Assembly (NCBI RefSeq): GCF_000284455.1
Contig: NC_017039.1
Location: 2,370,001-2,402,000 of the forward strand
Reading direction: 5' to 3'
Source of the DNA: Synechocystis sp. PCC 6803 substr. PCC-P
GTDB taxonomy: Bacteria > Cyanobacteriota > Cyanobacteriia > Cyanobacteriales > Microcystaceae
DNA: 32,000 bases
Shown piece after piece: positions 27,038 through 32,000 of the stretch. The notes under the pieces were generated by a model. It did not search any database and was not told the origin of the DNA. It saw only the letters and a list, made by a program, of their open reading frames with translations. Each line of letters starts with the position of its first letter. Position 1 is the stretch's first letter. Both the position numbers and the translations under genes were made by a program.

Positions 27038-28444
27038 TCACATTTGCTCCAGAGTTTTACCCTTAGTTTCCTTCACAAAAAACCAGATAAAGAAAATTGA
27101 AATGGCCGCTGAAGTGGCATATAAACCATAGGCGGGGCCCAAACCCACCGTATCCAATAGGGGCGGAAAAGTAGTGGAAATAATAAAGTTAGCAATCCAC
27201 TGTACCCCCGCCGCCACCGATAGGGCCGCCGCTCGAATTTTGTTATTAAACATTTCCCCCAGCAAGACCCAAACAATGGGCCCCCAAGAAAAACCAAAAC
27301 TAAATACATAAAGATTGGCTGTCACCAAAGCAATTATCCCAGCGGCCCCCGTCAGGGTGGGTTGGCCATTAACCACCGTTGCTCCCCCAAACACCACGGA
27401 AAGGATGCCCAAGGTAATGGTCATACCAATGGAGCCCATGAGCAACAAAGGCTTACGGCCAAATTTATCCACAAAGGCGATCGCCACTAGGGTGGTGAGG
27501 ATATTGATAAAACCAGTGATTACCGTGATTAACAGAGACTTTTCTTCGGTAAAACCCACCGATCGCCAGAGCACGCTACTGTAATAAAAAATTACGTTAA
27601 TGCCAACAAACTGTTGTAGTGCCGACAACCCCATACCAATCCAGACAATGGGCAATAATCCTCCCCGACGACTGAGCAGATCGCTAAACCGGGGTTTATG
27701 GTCGAGACTAACCGTTGCCTGGATTTCCTCAATGCGACTGGGCACGTCTCCCCCTTCCACTTTCCACAAAATAGCCGCCGCTTTTTCCCCTTGCCCTTGG
27801 GCGACTAAATACCGGGGAGATTCGGGGATCAGGAAAGCGCAAACTCCATAGAGCAGGGCGGGAATTAGCTCTGTCCAGAACATCCAACGCCAGGCCGCCG
27901 CACCGAACAACCAGGGATTTTGGGCCGATCCCCCCGCCATCAAAGCAATAAACCAATTACTGAGCAGGGCAATGAAAATGCCAGAAACAATGGCCAACTG
28001 TTGCAAAGATCCTAAACGCCCCCGCAGATGGGCCGGCGACACTTCCGCAATGTAGGCCGGGGCAATAACGCTAGCGGCCCCCACCCCAATGCCCCCCAAC
28101 ACCCGCCAAAAAATAAAATCCCAAATGGTGAAAGGTAAACCCGACCCAATGGAACTGAGGGTGAACAGCACCGCCGCTAAAATCATCGTTTTAATCCGCC
28201 CATGGCGATCGGCGATCGGTCCCGCCCCAAAGGCTCCCAGTGCTGATCCCAACAGAGCTAAGGATACAGATAAACCTGTTAAAAGACTGTCCGTCTGAAA
28301 ATGTTTTTGTAGGGCCGCCACCGCCCCATTGATCACCGCAGTGTCAAAGCCAAACAGGAACCCCCCCAGGGCTGCTACCCCCGAAATCAGCAGGACAAAC
28401 TTAACGTTAGCCGTAGATTGGGAAGGAGAAGAGGAGGGATTCAT
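27038..28444 (-). CDS. glcP: MFS sugar porter, glucose/fructose:H+ symporter
   Basis: 468 aa and 12 TM segments. Sugar-porter signatures GRIKTM, PESPRYL and a C-terminal ETKGKTLE. Confidence 0.92.
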   Translation of the reverse strand: MNPSSSPSQSTANVKFVLLISGVAALGGFLFGFDTAVINGAVAALQKHFQTDSLLTGLSVSLALLGSALGAFGAGPIADRHGRIKTMILAAVLFTLSSIGSGLPFTIWDFIFWRVLGGIGVGAASVIAPAYIAEVSPAHLRGRLGSLQQLAIVSGIFIALLSNWFIALMAGGSAQNPWLFGAAAWRWMFWTELIPALLYGVCAFLIPESPRYLVAQGQGEKAAAILWKVEGGDVPSRIEEIQATVSLDHKPRFSDLLSRRGGLLPIVWIGMGLSALQQFVGINVIFYYSSVLWRSVGFTEEKSLLITVITGFINILTTLVAIAFVDKFGRKPLLLMGSIGMTITLGILSVVFGGATVVNGQPTLTGAAGIIALVTANLYVFSFGFSWGPIVWVLLGEMFNNKIRAAALSVAAGVQWIANFIISTTFPPLLDTVGLGPAYGLYATSAAISIFFIWFFVKETKGKTLEQM

Positions 28445-28741
28445 GTAAAGCTGAAATTGAAGAAGTTAGCCTATGGCAAGTTGCGCTTGCCCACGGAATA
28501 AATCCTACCAAGTAAAAAAACTTCGTCATGAATTCTTAATTAAATGTTGCAAAACACTGCAATGCATAGCAATGGTTAAAGTTAGTGCAAAATGATCAGG
28601 CATCGACAAAAGCGAATTTTTGTATATCAAGAAAATTTAATTACTTTGTCCCCCATCGTTGCTTTCGGCCCCAGGCGATCGCCTAGGGATCGACCCGTAG
28701 CACGATAGAATCGAACATTGTCCCCGATCAATTCCTTTCCC

Positions 28742-30160
28742 ATGCAAAGACTGCGTTGGCTACTGCTTTTAATTGTTGTCTTGGTCATTGGGGCCAGCTT
28801 TGTGCTGGTCAAATTACCCCTGCAACTGGGTTTAGACCTGCGGGGGGGAGCCCAGTTAACCATTGAAGTGCAACCCACCAAAGAAATTCCCCAAATTGAC
28901 AACGATAGCTTGGTGGCGGTGAAAACGGTAATTGAAAACCGGGTTAATGCCCTGGGAGTATCGGAACCATTGGTGCAAACGGCCGGGGAAGATAAGATTG
29001 TGGTGCAACTGCCGGGGGTGACGGATCCGGGACAGGCAGAACGAATTTTGGGGGGCACTGCCCAGCTAGAATTTCAGCAACAACGGCCGGGCACGGAAGG
29101 GGAATTCCAAGCGGAATACAGCATTAAACGGCAACTGGATGCGGAGTTGGAAAACCTGCGTCGTTCCGGTGCGTCCCCGGAAAACAGCGATCGCCTAGAG
29201 GAATTAATCAAAGCGAAAGAAGAATCCAATAAAGCTCTATTAGCTCTGTTTGAACCCATGGGACTGACGGGGAAAAACCTCACCGATGCCCGCCCTAGCC
29301 CTAATCAATCCGGCACAGCCTGGGAAGTGGCCCTCCGGTTTGACGAAGAAGGGGGACAGAAATTTGCCGAGTTAACCCAAGCGGTGGCCGGCACGGGTCG
29401 GAGCCTGGGGGTATTTTTGGATAACGATTTAATCAGTGCTCCGGTAGTGGGCGTGGAATTTGCCAATACGGGGATCACCGGGGGCGCAGCGGTAATTACA
29501 GGAAATTTCACCATCGACACTGCTAACGATCTGGCGGTGCAACTGCGGGGCGGTTCCTTGCCGTTCCCAGTGGAAGTGGTTGAAAACCGCACAGTGGGGG
29601 CCACCCTGGGGCAAGAAAGTATCCGCCGTAGTTTAGTGGCGGGGTTTGTCGGTCTAGTTCTCGTGCTAGTTTTCATGGCGGTTTACTATCGTTTGCCGGG
29701 GATAGTGGCGGATATATCCCTAATGATTTACGCCGTTTTGACCCTAGCGGCCTTTGCTTTGGTGGGGGTAACGTTGACCCTGCCTGGTATTGCCGGTTTC
29801 ATTCTCAGTATCGGCATGGCGGTGGATGCCAACGTGTTGATTTTTGAGCGCACCAGGGAAGAGTTGCGGGCGGGCAACACCCTCTACCGTTCGGTGGAAG
29901 CGGGCTTTTTTCGGGCCTTTTCCAGTATTTTGGACAGTAACGTCACCACCCTCATTGCCTGTGCGGCCCTGTTTTGGTTTGGTTCCGGTCTGGTGAAAGG
30001 TTTTGCTCTCACCCTGGCGATCGGAGTCATGGTGAGTTTGTTCACCGCCCTGACCTGCAGTCGTACCCTGTTACTGGTTATTGTGCTCAGTTTGCCCAAA
30101 GTGCGTCAAAATCCCAGGCTCTTTTGCCCGAATCTATCATCGGTAACGGCTAAGTCTTAA
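28742..30160 (+). CDS. secD: Protein translocase subunit SecD
   Basis: LGLDLRGGAQL motif, a large periplasmic loop, and a C-terminal six-TM block with GMAVDANVLIFER. The track start TTG 28718 was trimmed to ATG 28742. Confidence 0.92.
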   Translation: MQRLRWLLLLIVVLVIGASFVLVKLPLQLGLDLRGGAQLTIEVQPTKEIPQIDNDSLVAVKTVIENRVNALGVSEPLVQTAGEDKIVVQLPGVTDPGQAERILGGTAQLEFQQQRPGTEGEFQAEYSIKRQLDAELENLRRSGASPENSDRLEELIKAKEESNKALLALFEPMGLTGKNLTDARPSPNQSGTAWEVALRFDEEGGQKFAELTQAVAGTGRSLGVFLDNDLISAPVVGVEFANTGITGGAAVITGNFTIDTANDLAVQLRGGSLPFPVEVVENRTVGATLGQESIRRSLVAGFVGLVLVLVFMAVYYRLPGIVADISLMIYAVLTLAAFALVGVTLTLPGIAGFILSIGMAVDANVLIFERTREELRAGNTLYRSVEAGFFRAFSSILDSNVTTLIACAALFWFGSGLVKGFALTLAIGVMVSLFTALTCSRTLLLVIVLSLPKVRQNPRLFCPNLSSVTAKS

Positions 30161-30220
30161 AAGCTTTTTATTTTTCAACCCAGAATTCTGTTTGCTTTCT
30201 TTGACCAATTCTCAAAAATT

Positions 30221-31168
30221 ATGAAATTAGACCTGTTCAAATGGGAAAAGCCAGCTTGGATCGTTTCTTCTCTCTTGGTGCTGATCAGTATTTTCGCCAT
30301 GGCAATTTCCTGGGCACAATTCCAAGCTCCTTTTAGGCCAGGTCTCGATTTCGTCGGTGGTACCCGTTTGCAACTACAACTGGAATGCGCCAGCAGCAAT
30401 AATTGCCCAGCGGCGATCGATGTGGCGGAGGTGCAGGATATTCTCGGCGGCGTGGGCTTAGGTAACAGTAGTGTGCAGGTAATTGAGGACTATACCCTTT
30501 CTATCCGTCAACAAACCCTGGATGTGGAACAACGGGAAGCGGTGCAAAAAGCATTGAATGAAGGCATAGGTAAGTTCGACCCGGAAACTATCCAAATTGA
30601 CACCGTTGGCCCCACGGTAGGCAAAGCTTTATTCCGTTCTGGGGTGTTAGCCCTGGTGATTTCCCTGCTGGGGATTATCATCTATTTAACTATCCGTTTT
30701 CAGCTTGATTACGCTGTTTTTGCCATTATCGCCCTACTTTATGATGCCTTGATTACCATGGGAGCCTTTGCCATTTTTGGCTTAGTGGGAGGAGTGGAAG
30801 TTGATAGTCTTTTCCTGGTGGCGTTACTGACCATCATCGGCTTTTCTGTCAATGACACCGTGGTCATATACGACCGGGTGCGGGAAACCCTAGAGCGCCA
30901 TTCTGACTGGGATATTAACCATGTGGTGGATGATGCAGTCAATCAAACTTTGACCCGTTCCATTAACACTTCTTTGACCACTTCTTTGCCCCTGGTAGCA
31001 ATCTTTCTTTTCGGTGGTGATAGTCTCAAATTCTTTGCTTTAGCTTTGATTATTGGCTTTGCTTCCGGGGTTTATTCCAGTATTTTCATGGCCACAACCC
31101 TCTGGGCCTGGTGGCGTAAATGGCGATCGCCAAAGAATCCTCCTAGGGAAATGGTGGCGGAGGTTTAA
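30221..31168 (+). CDS. secF: Protein translocase subunit SecF
   Basis: GLDFVGGT motif and IGFSVNDTVVIYDRVRE. It lies immediately downstream of secD. Confidence 0.92.
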   Translation: MKLDLFKWEKPAWIVSSLLVLISIFAMAISWAQFQAPFRPGLDFVGGTRLQLQLECASSNNCPAAIDVAEVQDILGGVGLGNSSVQVIEDYTLSIRQQTLDVEQREAVQKALNEGIGKFDPETIQIDTVGPTVGKALFRSGVLALVISLLGIIIYLTIRFQLDYAVFAIIALLYDALITMGAFAIFGLVGGVEVDSLFLVALLTIIGFSVNDTVVIYDRVRETLERHSDWDINHVVDDAVNQTLTRSINTSLTTSLPLVAIFLFGGDSLKFFALALIIGFASGVYSSIFMATTLWAWWRKWRSPKNPPREMVAEV

Positions 31169-31300
31169 TTTTTGCGTTCCCCTGGGTGAGGCTGAGAGAG
31201 ATACCTTAGACCAAAGTTAGCACCGGCGAAAAGGGACGGGAAAGGTCAAAGCCTTATGGGAAAATGGCCACAATTTAGCGTTTAGCTCCGCCGATCTCCC

Positions 31301-32000
31301 ATGGAATTTAGCCAACTCGTAGAACGCCTACAAACCCATATCCAATGCCACAGCCTAGAAAAATTTGGCGATCGCAATCCAACCCTTGGGGGCGTTGCCG
31401 CCTTAACGGAGGCCTTGACCGGGCAAATCAGTTACGTCGATAGTGCCAAGTATGCGCCTCAAATGAAGACAACCCAGGCCAGTGCGCTAATTTTGCCCCC
31501 GGATGCAAAACTTCAAGCAGAAGCGGATGCCCAAGGTATAGCCTGGTGTGCCACTGCCCAACCCCGGCTCCTATTTGCGGCGGCGATCGCCGTTTTTTAT
31601 CAACCCTATCGTCCACCGGCGGGTATCCATGCCACTGCTGTTATCGATCCCTCGGTGCATTGTGGTGAGGACGTGAGCATTGGCCCCCATGTGGTAATTT
31701 ATCCCAACGTGACCCTCGGCGATCGGGTGTGCATCCACGGCAATGTGGTGATTTACCCCGGTGTGACCATTGGCAACGACAGCGTACTCCATGGTAACTG
31801 CACCATCCACGAACGAACTCAGATTGGCCAAGGTTGTGTGATCCATAGCGGAGCGGCGATCGGGGCAGAGGGTTTCGGCTTTGTGCCTACCCCCGAAGGC
31901 TGGTTCAAAATGGAACAATCCGGCCAAGTAGTTTTGGAAGACGGGGTAGAAATTGGCTGTAACAGTGCAGTAGATCGTCCCGCCGTGGGGGAAACCCGCA
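31301..32000 (+). CDS. lpxD: UDP-3-O-acylglucosamine N-acyltransferase (5' part, runs off the window)
   Basis: My own translation from ATG 31301: MEFSQLVERLQ...ISYVDSAKY...IHATAVIDPSVHCGEDVSIGPHVVIYPNVTLGDRVCIHGNVVIYPGVTIGNDSVLHGNCTIHE, with left-handed beta-helix hexapeptide repeats and then GAEGFGF. It is absent from the ORF track because no stop codon falls inside the window. Confidence 0.85.
   Translation, partial: MEFSQLVERLQTHIQCHSLEKFGDRNPTLGGVAALTEALTGQISYVDSAKYAPQMKTTQASALILPPDAKLQAEADAQGIAWCATAQPRLLFAAAIAVFYQPYRPPAGIHATAVIDPSVHCGEDVSIGPHVVIYPNVTLGDRVCIHGNVVIYPGVTIGNDSVLHGNCTIHERTQIGQGCVIHSGAAIGAEGFGFVPTPEGWFKMEQSGQVVLEDGVEIGCNSAVDRPAVGETR

Noticed and set aside
31176-31250. Riboswitch-like words occur in the secF-lpxD spacer. 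GGCUGAGAGAGAUACC and GCACCGGCGAAAAGGGACGGGAAAGG resemble the CUGAGA/AUACC and GCG..GGGA parts of a TPP riboswitch, and loosely the GAGAG...CGGCG..AAAAG..CGGGA words of guanidine-I (ykkC).
   Set aside because: I could not build the obligatory helices. There is no P3 hairpin between the GGGUG and CUGAGA segments, and no CUGG/CCAG P4-P5 pairing. The similarity is split between two unrelated families, and lpxD is not a plausible regulon member. A cmscan hit above threshold to RF00059 or RF00442 would overturn this rejection.
31428-31927. Two minus-strand ORFs (62 and 118 aa) near the window end.
   Set aside because: They are antisense to the lpxD hexapeptide-repeat region. The His/Gly/Val-rich translation mirrors the beta-helix repeats, and the plus-strand frame gives an unmistakable LpxD sequence.
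1-32000. I looked for tRNA, rRNA, CRISPR arrays, transposases/IS ends, integrases and prophage genes.
   Set aside because: I saw no T-loop (GGTTCGAATCC-like) motif in intergenic regions. There are no regularly spaced direct repeats, no DDE or tyrosine-recombinase-like ORFs and no long terminal inverted repeats. This was a manual scan only, so small RNAs could have been missed.

Overview
This is a cyanobacterial chromosomal window. I counted about three dozen perfect copies of the HIP1 octamer GCGATCGC by eye. The gene content (chlB, sqdX, ycf35/ycf46 homologues, glcP, an SLH-OprB porin) and the gene order match what I recall for a Synechocystis sp. PCC 6803-type genome; that is memory, not a search. 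I support 29 protein-coding genes, the last one (lpxD) truncated by the window edge. I found no rRNA, tRNA, CRISPR array, transposase or IS element. Most genes are housekeeping: accD, tmk, gloA, rsmD, sqdX, gnd, a cysteine desulfurase, comF, an L,D-transpeptidase, chlB, glcP, secD, secF and lpxD. Several track ORFs start at upstream TTG/GTG codons, and I trimmed these to more plausible ATG starts. The segments most worth a second look are listed here. (1) 16890-17869: a translationally coupled pair, a tandem-duplicated glycine-zipper membrane protein plus a compact PD-(D/E)xK nuclease-fold protein. It has its own promoter-like signals and no recognisable partners. (2) 2805-6766: a cluster of a ribbon-helix-helix protein, a Ycf46-type AAA+ ATPase, Ycf35 (DUF1257) and a triple-repeat protein, with a near-consensus promoter and a perfect 8-bp inverted repeat upstream. 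(3) 9576-10955: a signal-peptide-bearing minimal CHAT (caspase-like) protease whose start overlaps the stop of tmk. (4) 22060-22699: a DUF433/DUF5615 toxin-antitoxin-like pair. (5) Two unusual noncoding stretches: a G-run/C-run palindromic element at 11539-11792 and a 620-bp gap at 12557-13178 with no ORF of 60 codons or more. All functional calls rest on motifs read from the translations and on remembered family knowledge. No database search or computation was run.
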